From: a virus | UHGV virus genome: UHGV-0323875 | Reading direction: 5' to 3' (one strand) | Length of the DNA: 33,005 bases | In this document: piece by piece, positions 8,647-17,978 of the stretch | How positions within the stretch are numbered: position 1 is the first letter of the stretch | How the letters are laid out: each line of letters begins with the position of its first letter | Made by a program: the position numbers and the translations under genes | Notes under the pieces: model-generated | Database searches by the model: none | What the model was told of the DNA's origin: nothing | The model's input: the letters and a program-made list of their open reading frames with translations, nothing else

Positions 8647-8972
8647 TGACGACGTTAACTCAATGCCAGCATCAGGTGCTGGATATGCTGATTTCTTACC
8701 AGAAAGAGCGTGGCTTTCCGCCAACCAATCAGGAGGTGGCAACCATGCTGGGATACCGTTCAGTGAATGCAGCGGTAGAGCATCTTCGTGCACTGGAGAA
8801 AAAAGGCGTCATCACGATAAAGCGTGGCGTGGCCCGGGGGATCACGCTTCATACCACAGTGAAGGACGACGACAGCGAGGCAGCCGGGATTATCCGCGCA
8901 CTGCTTGCCGGTGAGGAAAACGCCAGACTGCGTGCAGCCCACTGGTTACATGAGAGGGGCCTGAAAGTATGA
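8646..8972 (+). CDS. LexA-like DNA-binding-domain protein with no S24 peptidase domain
   Basis: LTQCQHQVLDMLISYQKERGFPPTNQEVATMLGYRSVNAAVEHLRALEKKGVITIKRGVARGITL parallels the E. coli LexA N-terminal winged HTH nearly residue for residue; the protein ends after about 108 aa. Confidence 0.7.
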   Translation: MTTLTQCQHQVLDMLISYQKERGFPPTNQEVATMLGYRSVNAAVEHLRALEKKGVITIKRGVARGITLHTTVKDDDSEAAGIIRALLAGEENARLRAAHWLHERGLKV

Positions 8973-9358
8973 AGCTGATCCTGCCTTTCCCGCCCAGCGT
9001 GAACACGTACTGGCGACACCCCAACAAAGGGGCGTTTGCTGGTAAGAGTCTGATAAGCGCAGCGGGGCGCAAATTCCAGAGCGCGGCATGCGCAGCAATA
9101 GTTGAGCAGTTACGTCGTCTGCCGAAACCAACGTCGGCACCTGCTTCAGTGGAGATCGTGTTGTTTCCTCCGGATAACCGGATCCGCGATCTGGACAACT
9201 ATAACAAGGCGCTGTTTGACGCCCTGACCCACGCGGGTGTGTGGGAAGACGACAGACAGGTGAAAAGAATGCTGGTGGAGTGGGGACCGGTTATCCCGGA
9301 AGGGAAGGTCGAGATCACTATCAGTAAGTATGAGAAACCGGCGGGTGCAGCCGCCTGA
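8969..9358 (+). CDS. rusA: Holliday junction resolvase RusA
   Basis: LPFPPSVNTYWRH...RDLDNYNKALFDALTHAGVWEDDRQV matches the RusA signature. Confidence 0.85.
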   Translation: MKLILPFPPSVNTYWRHPNKGAFAGKSLISAAGRKFQSAACAAIVEQLRRLPKPTSAPASVEIVLFPPDNRIRDLDNYNKALFDALTHAGVWEDDRQVKRMLVEWGPVIPEGKVEITISKYEKPAGAAA

Positions 9359-9377
9359 TTAAGAGGAGAAACGAAGT

Positions 9378-10175
9378 ATGAATAATCTGATGGTTATTGA
9401 TGGTATTGAAGTTCGTCGTGATGCTTATGGGCGTTACAGCCTGAACGATCTGCACAGGGCTGCCGGTTCTCTGGATAAGCATAAGCCTGCATTCTGGCTC
9501 CGTAATGAGCAAACTGAACGTTTAATAAGCGAGTTGCAGATTTGCAACTCGGTCAATATAGAGCCAGTTAACGTTATTCGTGGCGGAAATAACCAGGGGA
9601 CGTATGTCTGCAAAGAACTGGTGTATGCCTATGCAATGTGGATCAGCCCGTCATTCCATCTGAAGGTGATCCGTACTTTCGATATGGTAACCAGCACACC
9701 GGAAAAATTATCCGGGCAGGCTGCTGACAAGATGCAGGCTGGCGTGATCCTGCTGGACTTTATGCGCCGGGAGTTAAACCTGTCTAACTCTTCAGTGCTT
9801 GGTGCCTGTCAGAAACTCCAGGAGGCTGTTGGCTTACCGAATCTGGCTCCGCGCTATGCCATTGATGCTCCTGCTGACGCGCCTGATGGCTCAAGCCGCC
9901 CCACGCTGTCACTGAGTGCACTGCTGAAGCAGTATGGTATCTGCCTGACAGCTAATCAGGCATATCACCAGATGGCGAAGCTGGGGATCGTTGAACAACG
10001 CGAACGATACAGCCGTACCGCGATTAACAACATCAAAAAATTCTGGTCGCTGACGGCGAAAGGCTGCATGTTCGGCAAGAACATCACCAGTCCTGCAAAT
10101 CCGCGCGAGACGCAGCCGCATTTCTTCGAATCCCGATTCCCTGAGCTGTTAAAGCTGCTCGATACCGTTCATTGA
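9378..10175 (+). CDS. KilA-N domain protein (antirepressor-like)
   Basis: N-terminal YSLNDLHRAAG...KP.FWLR motif of the KilA-N domain; GAGGAG RBS. Confidence 0.65.
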   Translation: MNNLMVIDGIEVRRDAYGRYSLNDLHRAAGSLDKHKPAFWLRNEQTERLISELQICNSVNIEPVNVIRGGNNQGTYVCKELVYAYAMWISPSFHLKVIRTFDMVTSTPEKLSGQAADKMQAGVILLDFMRRELNLSNSSVLGACQKLQEAVGLPNLAPRYAIDAPADAPDGSSRPTLSLSALLKQYGICLTANQAYHQMAKLGIVEQRERYSRTAINNIKKFWSLTAKGCMFGKNITSPANPRETQPHFFESRFPELLKLLDTVH

Positions 10176-10176
10176 G

Positions 10177-11172
10177 GTGACCGTGAGAGCACTACTGACC
10201 CCTGAAATTGCCCCGCGTATGGGGATCGTATTGTTCAGACCAGGTTCAGAGCTGATGCCCCTGTTTATGCAGGGGCGTGTCCTGCTGGAGCCTGAGCCGG
10301 AACGTTATTCATCTTTCGCCAGTGGTGCCGTTCCGGCGGCATCACAACCGCTGGCGGATGATCCTGCCGTTCAGGCCGTGTTCCGCAATGAGGCAGTGAT
10401 CCGTCGTGCTGGTGGCGTGGAATGTCTTGAAAGCTGGTTACTTCGTGAAAAAGGCTGCCAGTGGCCTCATTCCGACTGGCACAGCGAGAACATGACCACA
10501 ATGCGACACGCTCCGGGCGCAATCCGTCTGTGCTGGCACTGCGATAACCAGCTGCGCGATCAGTTCACGGAACGGCTGGAATCAATGGCAACGGATAACT
10601 GTGCCCGCTGGGTGTTGTCTGTTGTGCGTCGGGATCTCGGTTTTGATGACAGTCACGTTGTGACAATGCCGGAACTGTGCTGGTGGCTGATTCGTAATGA
10701 CCTGGCGGATGCCTTACCGGAAAGTGCAGCCCGTAAGGCACTTAGATTACCGAAGCCTGTTGTGCCGTCTGTCACCCGGGAAAGTGACCTTGTGCCTTCG
10801 GTTCCTGCCACCAGCATCATCCAGGATAAGGCGAAAAAGGTGCTGGCGCTGAAAGTGGATCCGGAGTCGCCGGAGTCTTTTATGTTACGCCCAAAACGTC
10901 GCCGCTGGGTTAATGAAAAGTACACGCGCTGGGTTAAGACACAGCCGTGTGCATGTTGTGGAAAGCCTGCTGATGATCCCCACCACTTGATAGGCCACGG
11001 TCAGGGGGGAATGGGTACAAAAGCGCATGACCTCTTTGTGTTGCCTTTGTGCAGAAAGCATCACGACGAGCTGCATGCGGATACCGTGGCATTTGAAGAG
11101 AAGTATGGCTCCCAGCTGGAGCTGATATTTCGTTTTATCGATCGTGCGCTGGCAATAGGCGTACTGGCGTAA
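10177..11172 (+). CDS. DUF968-like protein with a C-terminal Cys/His (HNH-like) motif
   Basis: C-terminal CACCGKPADDPHHLIGHGQGG...LCRKHHDELH; GTG start directly after the KilA-N stop. Confidence 0.45.
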   Translation: MTVRALLTPEIAPRMGIVLFRPGSELMPLFMQGRVLLEPEPERYSSFASGAVPAASQPLADDPAVQAVFRNEAVIRRAGGVECLESWLLREKGCQWPHSDWHSENMTTMRHAPGAIRLCWHCDNQLRDQFTERLESMATDNCARWVLSVVRRDLGFDDSHVVTMPELCWWLIRNDLADALPESAARKALRLPKPVVPSVTRESDLVPSVPATSIIQDKAKKVLALKVDPESPESFMLRPKRRRWVNEKYTRWVKTQPCACCGKPADDPHHLIGHGQGGMGTKAHDLFVLPLCRKHHDELHADTVAFEEKYGSQLELIFRFIDRALAIGVLA

Positions 11173-11185
11173 GTGGAGAATGAGC

Positions 11186-11938
11186 ATGAACCTTGAAGCC
11201 TTACCAAAATATTACTCCCCAAAATCTCCAAAATTGAGCGATGACGCACCGGCGACAGGCTCTGGTGGTTTAACGATTACGGATGTGATGGCTGCGCAGG
11301 GGATGGTGCAGTCGAAAGCACCACTGGGTTTTGCCTTATTCCTGGCAAAAGTTGGTGTTCAGGATCCTCAGTTTGCGATTGAAGGTCTGCTCAATTACGC
11401 GATGGCACTGGATAACCCGACATTGAATAAATTGAGTGAAGAAACCCGGTTACAGATCATCCCTTACCTTGTGAATTTTGCCTTTGCTGATTATTCCAGG
11501 TCTGCGGCAAGTAAGGCTCGCTGTGAGCATTGTGCTGGTACTGGATTTCATAATGTATTGCGCGAAGTGGTGAAACACTCCAGAAGCGGTGAATCTGTTA
11601 TCAAGGAGGAGTGGGTGAAGGAACTATGTCAGCATTGTCATGGTAAGGGAGAAGTCAGCACAGCGTGCAGAGGGTGTAAGGGTAAAGGTATTGTCCTGGA
11701 TGAAAAAAGGACCCGGCTTCATGGCACGCCTGTTTATAAGATTTGTGGGCGTTGCAATGGAAACCGGTTTAGCCGTTTACCAACCACACTGGCGCGGCAT
11801 CATGTCCAGAAGCTGGTACCAGACCTGACGGATTATCAGTGGTACAAAGGATATGCAGATGTCATTGATAAACTGGTTACAAAGTGCTGGCAGGAAGAAG
11901 CATATGCAGAGACACAATTGAGAAAGGTGACAAGATAA
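11186..11938 (+). CDS. Late-gene antitermination protein Q-like (zinc-binding CxxC repeats)
   Basis: Position immediately upstream of the late promoter/terminator and lysis genes; CEHCAGTG, CQHCHGKG, CRGCKGKG, CGRCNG motifs. Confidence 0.6.
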   Translation: MNLEALPKYYSPKSPKLSDDAPATGSGGLTITDVMAAQGMVQSKAPLGFALFLAKVGVQDPQFAIEGLLNYAMALDNPTLNKLSEETRLQIIPYLVNFAFADYSRSAASKARCEHCAGTGFHNVLREVVKHSRSGESVIKEEWVKELCQHCHGKGEVSTACRGCKGKGIVLDEKRTRLHGTPVYKICGRCNGNRFSRLPTTLARHHVQKLVPDLTDYQWYKGYADVIDKLVTKCWQEEAYAETQLRKVTR

Positions 11939-12045
11939 ATGATTTTCGACGAAGATGGCGACATGATACTTGCATTTTTCAAAAAATCTGGTTAGGATTC
12001 TCCTAACGATGGGCTTTATATGTCTGCCGTTAACGAAATCATAAC

Positions 12046-12076
12046 AAACCTCGCTTCGGCGGGGTTTTTGCTTTTC
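12046..12076 (+). terminator. Rho-independent terminator (tR'-like) downstream of the Q gene
   Basis: Stem ACCTCGC / GCGGGGT with a TTCG tetraloop followed by TTTTTGCTTTT. Confidence 0.6.
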
Positions 12077-12088
12077 TGGAGGTCAATA

Positions 12089-12346
12089 ATGCAGGGCGAA
12101 AAGCAGCAGCCATATTTTTTTAACCCTGGTATGACTGTTGAACAGCTTGAAGACTGGCTGGAGCAGCAAAAGCTTCATCTAAGCCGCTATAACCGTCTGG
12201 TAAAAGAAAAAGCAGAGCTTGAAGAACGGCTCAGTGATATTTCTGTGGAAATTGAACGAATGTCTGCTGGTGGTTTTAACGGAAAGTTGAGTTTCCCCTG
12301 GGAGTCAAGTTCGCTTCTGAGAAATCATCAACAGGGTAGTGTTTGA
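12089..12346 (+). CDS. Hypothetical late protein, 85 aa
   Basis: GGAGG RBS and ATG at 12089; the ORF-track start at 12020 would overlap the terminator. Confidence 0.45.
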   Translation: MQGEKQQPYFFNPGMTVEQLEDWLEQQKLHLSRYNRLVKEKAELEERLSDISVEIERMSAGGFNGKLSFPWESSSLLRNHQQGSV

Positions 12347-12425
12347 CTGAAATAATAAACAGACTGTCATTAAGATCCCTTCCCCTCATATCTGAGAGGA
12401 CCAACAGCAATTAAGAGGGGGCTAA

Positions 12426-12812
12426 ATGTCCGATCCGATTTCCGGTACTGGGCTGGCTGGTGGTGCCCTGACGGGTGCCAGTGTTTATGGACTGCTGACC
12501 GGAACTGATTACGGCGTTGTATTTGGCGCATTTGCAGGGGCTGTATTCTACATAGCAACAGCAGCAGATCTGAGTGCATCGCGCCGACTGGCATATTTTA
12601 TCGTGTCATATATTGCCGGGATTCTTTGCTCTGGGTTGGTTGGCTCCAAGCTGGCGAACTTGACCGGATACAGTGATAAACCTCTGGATGCTATTGGTGC
12701 CGTAATCGTCTCTGCTTTAGCCGTTAAAATCCTGACGTTCCTGAATAATCAGGATATCGGCTCGCTGGTGGCGCTCATAACGCGCCGGGGAGGTTCAGGT
12801 GGAGCTAAATGA
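12426..12812 (+). CDS. Holin (putative, multi-pass membrane protein)
   Basis: Gly/Ala-rich hydrophobic segments; first gene of the lysis cassette. Confidence 0.6.
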   Translation: MSDPISGTGLAGGALTGASVYGLLTGTDYGVVFGAFAGAVFYIATAADLSASRRLAYFIVSYIAGILCSGLVGSKLANLTGYSDKPLDAIGAVIVSALAVKILTFLNNQDIGSLVALITRRGGSGGAK

Positions 12813-13080
12813 CCCGACAGCAACTATAAATGCGCTGTTATGTGCTTGTGTTGTTATTACTCTGATGTTTTATCGTCGTGGTGATTCGCGGCATCGTCCT
12901 TGGGTTTCACGTTTAGCCTGGCTGATTACTGTTACATACAGTGCTGTTCCGTTGGCCTATCTCTGTGGGATTTATCCCCATTCCTCATGGCCCATTATCG
13001 TGGCGAACACTATTTTTCTTTCCGTGCTGGTGGCCGTCAGAGGCAACGTTGCACGTCTGGTTGATCATCTGAGGCACTAA
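12799..13080 (+). CDS. Small membrane protein (holin/antiholin-like)
   Basis: 93 aa with predicted transmembrane helices; lies between the holin and the endolysin. Confidence 0.5.
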   Translation: MELNDPTATINALLCACVVITLMFYRRGDSRHRPWVSRLAWLITVTYSAVPLAYLCGIYPHSSWPIIVANTIFLSVLVAVRGNVARLVDHLRH

Positions 13081-13694
13081 TGAACCAACAATTATTTCAA
13101 AAGGCGGCTGGTATTAGCGCCGGGCTGGCTGCGCGCTGGTTTCCGCACATTGATGCTGCAATGAAAGAGTTTGGAATCACAGCAGTTAACGATCAGGCCA
13201 TGTTCATTGCACAAGTTGGGCATGAATCTGCTGGTTTTACCTCGCTGGTAGAGAATTTTAACTACTCGGTTGAAGGGCTGAAGAAAACCTTTGGTAAGCG
13301 CCTGACGCCGTATCAGTGCGAAATGCTGGGGCGTGTCGATGGTAAACAGGTCGCTCACCAGCCACAAATAGCCAATCTGGTTTATGGTGACCGCATGGGG
13401 AATAACAGTCAGGGTGATGGCTGGAAATATCGCGGTCGTGGCCTGCTGCAAATCACTGGTCGTGAGAACTACACCAAATGCGGTACAGCGCTGAACCTTG
13501 ATCTGATCAGTACGCCAGAACTTTTGACGCAAGAGCGACATGCGGCCCGTTCGGCGGCATGGTACTTCACGTTACGTGGTTGCCTTCTATATTCGGGGGA
13601 TGTTGAGCGCGTCACGCAGATTATTAACGGCGGGCAGAACGGCATTAAAGACCGCCGTGAACGTTACGCCAAAGCAAAAACCGCACTGGTATGA
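13080..13694 (+). CDS. Endolysin, glycoside hydrolase family 19 (chitinase-like lysozyme)
   Basis: FIAQVGHESAGF...YRGRGLLQITGRENY...INGG motifs typical of GH19 phage endolysins. Confidence 0.8.
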   Translation: MNQQLFQKAAGISAGLAARWFPHIDAAMKEFGITAVNDQAMFIAQVGHESAGFTSLVENFNYSVEGLKKTFGKRLTPYQCEMLGRVDGKQVAHQPQIANLVYGDRMGNNSQGDGWKYRGRGLLQITGRENYTKCGTALNLDLISTPELLTQERHAARSAAWYFTLRGCLLYSGDVERVTQIINGGQNGIKDRRERYAKAKTALV

Positions 13695-13701
13695 GGTCGC
13701 A

Positions 13702-13971
13702 ATGGGACTTGAAATGATTATCGGCCTGGCTGTTGCTGTGCTGGCTGCAATTGCAGGTGCTTTTGGTCTGGGTAAATCACGCGGTACAAGCATCGCAGAA
13801 ACACAAGCGAACCAGCAACGCACTGAAGAACGCGCAGCAGCTACTGAAGCCGTTGCAGAACGCCGGGTAGAAACAACAAAAGGAGCCAGGGATGTACAGC
13901 AGACTGTTAACCATCTTCCTGATGACGATGTTGACCGTGAGTTGCGCGAAAAATTTACCCGCAAAACCTGA
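13702..13971 (+). CDS. i-spanin (Rz-like)
   Basis: N-terminal transmembrane helix followed by a charged coiled region; directly follows the endolysin. Confidence 0.6.
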   Translation: MGLEMIIGLAVAVLAAIAGAFGLGKSRGTSIAETQANQQRTEERAAATEAVAERRVETTKGARDVQQTVNHLPDDDVDRELREKFTRKT

Positions 13972-14134
13972 AGTAACGGACACGGCCTGTGACTGGGTAA
14001 GCATCATCTACCTTACTGAGCACGATATTGCCGTGCTGGATAAACAGACGAAGCGGGACATATTGGCGCACAACAAATCAGTGCAGGCTAACTGCATGAA
14101 GGATCCAGGTCGTGAACGTAGAGAACCTAAGTAA
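13892..14134 (+). CDS. o-spanin (Rz1-like lipoprotein), overlapping the end of Rz in another frame
   Basis: Signal peptide MYSRLLTIFLMTMLTVSC with a lipobox Cys; overlaps the Rz 3' end. Confidence 0.6.
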   Translation: MYSRLLTIFLMTMLTVSCAKNLPAKPEVTDTACDWVSIIYLTEHDIAVLDKQTKRDILAHNKSVQANCMKDPGRERREPK

Positions 14135-14342
14135 CGCGCATTACATCTATAACGAGATGAAAGAGCTACAGCGACAGAAAACCATACTGGAAAGTGGTGC
14201 TGGGCTTGGTGTGACAATCCAGTCTACCTATCAAGACGATGCCTTTCTTGAGGCCATACGCCCGCATGCTGTTGCTGAGCTTGATCACCGCATAGAGAAA
14301 AAGAAAGCTGTGCTGGTTGATTTGGGTATCTCCTTCTCCTAA
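14112..14342 (+). CDS. Small hypothetical protein (uncertain)
   Basis: 76 aa ORF with a GTG start overlapping the Rz1 end; no recognisable family. Confidence 0.3.
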   Translation: MNVENLSNAHYIYNEMKELQRQKTILESGAGLGVTIQSTYQDDAFLEAIRPHAVAELDHRIEKKKAVLVDLGISFS

Positions 14343-14416
14343 TGAATTAGGAGCTACAGCAGGTTTTAATTATGTGCTTATGATATTCTTCCCTAGTTAA
14401 TTAACTGGGGGAGTAA

Positions 14417-14980
14417 ATGCAAATGCTTGAATTTGTTGAGTCAGTAAGAAAATCTTTATTAGATGAAAATTATGAGGCTGCATTGTTTATTGCCTTATCT
14501 CTTCCTGATATATGTGGGAAACTTGAAACTCCTGAAGAGCGGAACGGGCCAAGAGCAAAAAGATGGTTTAAGGATAACCTTAAGGATAAATATTTTGCAG
14601 ATAATCTTTATGAGACGTTTTTGGCTAACTTTCCCGAGCAATTAGATAAAATGCCTCAATACTTAATCGATGATTTAAAAACAAAAAAACCATTGGTAAG
14701 CTTTGACCATGAAAGCTACTGGGCTTTAAGAAATGCATTTTTGCATGAGGCATCTGATAGTACTAAGTTACAAAAAATTCAACTTACGCACTCTTCTGCG
14801 CACATGAATATGTTTAACGGTGTGCTTCAGTTAAGTGTTATTAATTTATCTAATGATATCTGCGATGCGGTAGTTAAGTGGGTTGAGCGGATGAAGGATA
14901 ATAATGATGTATGCCAGAGGATAAATTCGAGGGCAAAAATCAAAAATGAAATGTTGGGTGGCGCTATTCGATTTGGGTAG
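14417..14980 (+). CDS. AT-rich moron protein of unknown function, 187 aa, with an R-x4-H motif (possible HEPN-like)
   Basis: Marked drop in GC content relative to both flanks; GGGGGAG RBS; motif WALRNAFLHE; followed by a strong terminator. Confidence 0.5.
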   Translation: MQMLEFVESVRKSLLDENYEAALFIALSLPDICGKLETPEERNGPRAKRWFKDNLKDKYFADNLYETFLANFPEQLDKMPQYLIDDLKTKKPLVSFDHESYWALRNAFLHEASDSTKLQKIQLTHSSAHMNMFNGVLQLSVINLSNDICDAVVKWVERMKDNNDVCQRINSRAKIKNEMLGGAIRFG

Positions 14981-15041
14981 TCTTACAAATTATCAAATCA
15001 TTCCTACATGTTATCTCTAAATTTTAGAGTTACATAAGAAT

Positions 15042-15072
15042 AAAAAAACACCAGCTTTGGCTGGTGTTTTTG
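15042..15072 (+). terminator. Rho-independent terminator after the moron gene
   Basis: A-run, stem ACACCAGC / GCTGGTGT with a TTTG loop, then TTTTT. Confidence 0.7.
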
Positions 15073-15082
15073 CGGAGCATGT

Positions 15083-15433
15083 ATGCCAACTTTAATACCC
15101 CGCGCATGTCGCAAACGTGGTTGTCCTGGCACGACTACGGACCGTTCAGGCTACTGTGAGCAGCATCGCAATGAGGGCTGGCAGCAGCATCAGCAGGGTA
15201 AGAGTCGCCATGAGCGTGGCTACGGCAGCAAGTGGGATATCAAACGCGCCCGCATCCTGAAGCGTGATAATCATCTGTGTCAGAACTGCCTGCGTACTGG
15301 ACGTGCTGTCGCAGCCACAACCGTTGACCACATCAAGGCGAAGGCCCACGGCGGTACTGATGAAGACAGCAACCTTGAGAGCCTGTGCTGGTCGTGTCAC
15401 GCAGCGAAGACCGCGCGCGAGCGGCTCAAGTGA
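15083..15433 (+). CDS. HNH endonuclease (terminase-associated)
   Basis: CxxC...H.H...N...CWSCHAAK motifs; directly upstream of the terminase small subunit. Confidence 0.75.
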   Translation: MPTLIPRACRKRGCPGTTTDRSGYCEQHRNEGWQQHQQGKSRHERGYGSKWDIKRARILKRDNHLCQNCLRTGRAVAATTVDHIKAKAHGGTDEDSNLESLCWSCHAAKTARERLK

Positions 15434-15559
15434 GAATTAATGTCATCATCAGCCTGGGGAGGGGGAGGTCAAATCTCTGCGACCGCGCGCCTTCCGGACC
15501 GCCCGCCCCATCGTTTTTTTATACCCGCGAAAAATGAAATTTAACCAGGAGTGCCGCAT

Positions 15560-16054
15560 ATGGCTGGAACGGCGGGGCGTTCCGGGCGTCGCCCCAAGCC
15601 AACGGCGCGCAAGGCGCTGGCCGGAAATCCCGGCAAGCGAGCCCTGAACAAAGATGAACCTGTTTTTACGCCCATCAAAGGTGTTGAGCCACCGGAGTGG
15701 TTCGCTGAAGAAGATCTCCCTCTCGCCACGATCATGTGGCAACTGACAACCAAAGAACTCTGCGGTCAGGGCCTGCTGTGCGTGACTGACCTCGCGGTGC
15801 TTGAGCGGTGGTGCGTGGCCTACGAGTTCTGGCGACGTGCCGTGAAAAATATTGCCAGACAGGGCAACACCATCACCGGTGCAATGGGCGGTATGGTCAA
15901 AAATCCTGAGCTGACCGCCAAAAAAGAACAGGAGTCCGAGATGAGCAGTACGGGGGCAATGCTCGGACTCGACCCCAGCAGCCGCCAGCGTCTGATTGGC
16001 CTGGCGGGGCAGAAGAAAGCCACTAACCCGTTTCTGAAAATTATCGAATCATGA
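15560..16054 (+). CDS. Terminase small subunit (P27 family)
   Basis: N-terminus [14 protein letters not shown]...[10 protein letters not shown] typical of P27-family TerS; AGGAG RBS. Confidence 0.75.
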   Translation: MAGTAGRSGRRPKPTARKALAGNPGKRALNKDEPVFTPIKGVEPPEWFAEEDLPLATIMWQLTTKELCGQGLLCVTDLAVLERWCVAYEFWRRAVKNIARQGNTITGAMGGMVKNPELTAKKEQESEMSSTGAMLGLDPSSRQRLIGLAGQKKATNPFLKIIES

Positions 16055-17784
16055 GCCGGAAATCTTACCCCAACGTAAATGCTGCCAATCAGTATGCCCG
16101 GGATGTCGTGCGCGGAAAGATTGTGGCCTGCCAGTTTGTGATTCAGGCCTGCCAGCGCCATCTTGATGACCTGATGGCGGAAAAAAGTAAGTCGTTTCGT
16201 TACCGCTTCGACAAGGATCTGGCTGAACGGGCCGCCAAATTTATTCAGCTGTTGCCGCACACCAAGGGTGAGTGGGCATTTAAACGGATGCCCATCACGC
16301 TGGAGCCGTGGCAGCTCTTTGTGATCTGCTGCGCGTTTGGCTGGGTCAATAAAGGCTCCCGGCTGCGCCGCTTCCGGGAGGTGTATACCGAAATCCCCCG
16401 TAAGAACGGCAAATCGGCAATCTCTGCCGGTGTTGCCCTGTATTGTTTTGCCTGTGATAACGAGTTTGGCGCGGAAGTGTATTCCGGTGCCACGACAGAG
16501 AAACAGGCGTGGGAAGTCTTTCGCCCGGCGCGACTGATGTGTAAACGCACACCCATGCTGACGGAAGCGTTCGGGATTGAGGTTAACGCCTCAAACATGA
16601 ACCGTCCGGAGGATGGGGCGCGGTTTGAACCGCTGATTGGTAACCCCGGTGATGGTTCATCACCCCACTGTGCGGTGGTGGATGAATATCACGAGCACGC
16701 CACAGATGCGCTTTACACCACGATGCTTACCGGGATGGGGGCGCGACGTCAGCCACTGATGTGGGCCATTACCACCGCCGGGTACAACATTGAGGGGCCG
16801 TGCTACGACAAACGGCGGGAAGTCATCGAGATGCTCAACGGCTCGGTGCCCAACGATGAACTGTTCGGGATCATCTATACCGTTGACGAAGGCGACGACT
16901 GGACCGACCCGCAGGTACTTGAAAAAGCTAACCCGAATATCGGTGTGTCGGTTTATCGCGAGTTTTTGTTAAGCCAGCAGCAACGTGCGAAAAATAACGC
17001 CCGTCTGGCAAACGTCTTTAAAACAAAACACCTCAATATCTGGGTGTCGGCGCGTTCGGCGTATTTCAACCTGGTGAGCTGGCAGAGCTGCGAGGATAAA
17101 TCACTGACTCTTGAGCAGTTCGAGGGGCAGCCGTGCATTCTGGCCTTTGACCTGGCGCGTAAGCTGGATATGAACAGCATGGCGCGACTTTATACCCGCG
17201 AGATTGACGGTAAAACGCATTACTACAGTGTGGCCCCGCGTTTCTGGGTACCGTATGACACGGTGTACAGCGTCGAGAAAAATGAAGATCGCCGGACAGC
17301 CGAACGCTTTCAGAAATGGGTGGAAATGGGCGTCCTGACCGTTACCGATGGTGCAGAGGTGGATTATCGCTACATCCTCGAAGAGGCCAAAGCGGCGAAC
17401 AAAATCAGCCCGGTCAGCGAGTCACCCATCGACCCCTTCGGGGCGACCGGGCTGTCACATGACCTTGCTGATGAAGACCTGAACCCCATCACCATCATTC
17501 AGAACTACACCAACATGTCCGATCCGATGAAAGAGCTGGAAGCGGCAATTGAATCGGGGCGCTTTCATCATGATGGCAATCCCATCATGACCTGGTGTAT
17601 CGGCAACGTGGTCGGCAAAACTATTCCGGGTAACGATGATGTGGTGAAGCCCGTCAAAGAGCAGGCGGAAAACAAAATTGACGGTGCAGTTGCGCTGATT
17701 ATGGCGGTTGGCAGAGCCATGCTGTATGAGAAAGAAGACACGCTGTCTGACCACATTGAGTCCTACGGGATCCGCTCGCTTTAA
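16051..17784 (+). CDS. Terminase large subunit (HK97-like)
   Basis: 577 aa; P-loop-like PRKNGKS; immediately downstream of TerS. Confidence 0.8.
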   Translation: MSRKSYPNVNAANQYARDVVRGKIVACQFVIQACQRHLDDLMAEKSKSFRYRFDKDLAERAAKFIQLLPHTKGEWAFKRMPITLEPWQLFVICCAFGWVNKGSRLRRFREVYTEIPRKNGKSAISAGVALYCFACDNEFGAEVYSGATTEKQAWEVFRPARLMCKRTPMLTEAFGIEVNASNMNRPEDGARFEPLIGNPGDGSSPHCAVVDEYHEHATDALYTTMLTGMGARRQPLMWAITTAGYNIEGPCYDKRREVIEMLNGSVPNDELFGIIYTVDEGDDWTDPQVLEKANPNIGVSVYREFLLSQQQRAKNNARLANVFKTKHLNIWVSARSAYFNLVSWQSCEDKSLTLEQFEGQPCILAFDLARKLDMNSMARLYTREIDGKTHYYSVAPRFWVPYDTVYSVEKNEDRRTAERFQKWVEMGVLTVTDGAEVDYRYILEEAKAANKISPVSESPIDPFGATGLSHDLADEDLNPITIIQNYTNMSDPMKELEAAIESGRFHHDGNPIMTWCIGNVVGKTIPGNDDVVKPVKEQAENKIDGAVALIMAVGRAMLYEKEDTLSDHIESYGIRSL

Positions 17785-17795
17785 CTGAGGTAATT

Positions 17796-17978
17796 ATGAT
17801 CATGCTGATTCTCGCGCCTCTGGTGGGCGTGCTGGGGGCGCTTTTGCTGGCGTATGGTGCCTGGCTGATTTATCCCCCGGCGGGGTTTGTTGTTGCCGGG
17901 GCGTTGTGTCTGTTCTGGTCGTGGCTGGTGGCGCGATATCTCGACCGTACACAGCTGTCTGTCGGCGGAGGTAAATAG
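17796..17978 (+). CDS. Small hydrophobic protein, 60 aa
   Basis: Two predicted transmembrane helices; between terL and the portal gene. Confidence 0.35.
   Translation: MIMLILAPLVGVLGALLLAYGAWLIYPPAGFVVAGALCLFWSWLVARYLDRTQLSVGGGK

Noticed and set aside
15551-15559. GTG start at 15551 for the terminase small subunit (ORF track)
   Set aside because: The AGGAG RBS is placed correctly for the ATG at 15560, and the [10 protein letters not shown]-terminus is the conserved start of P27-family TerS.
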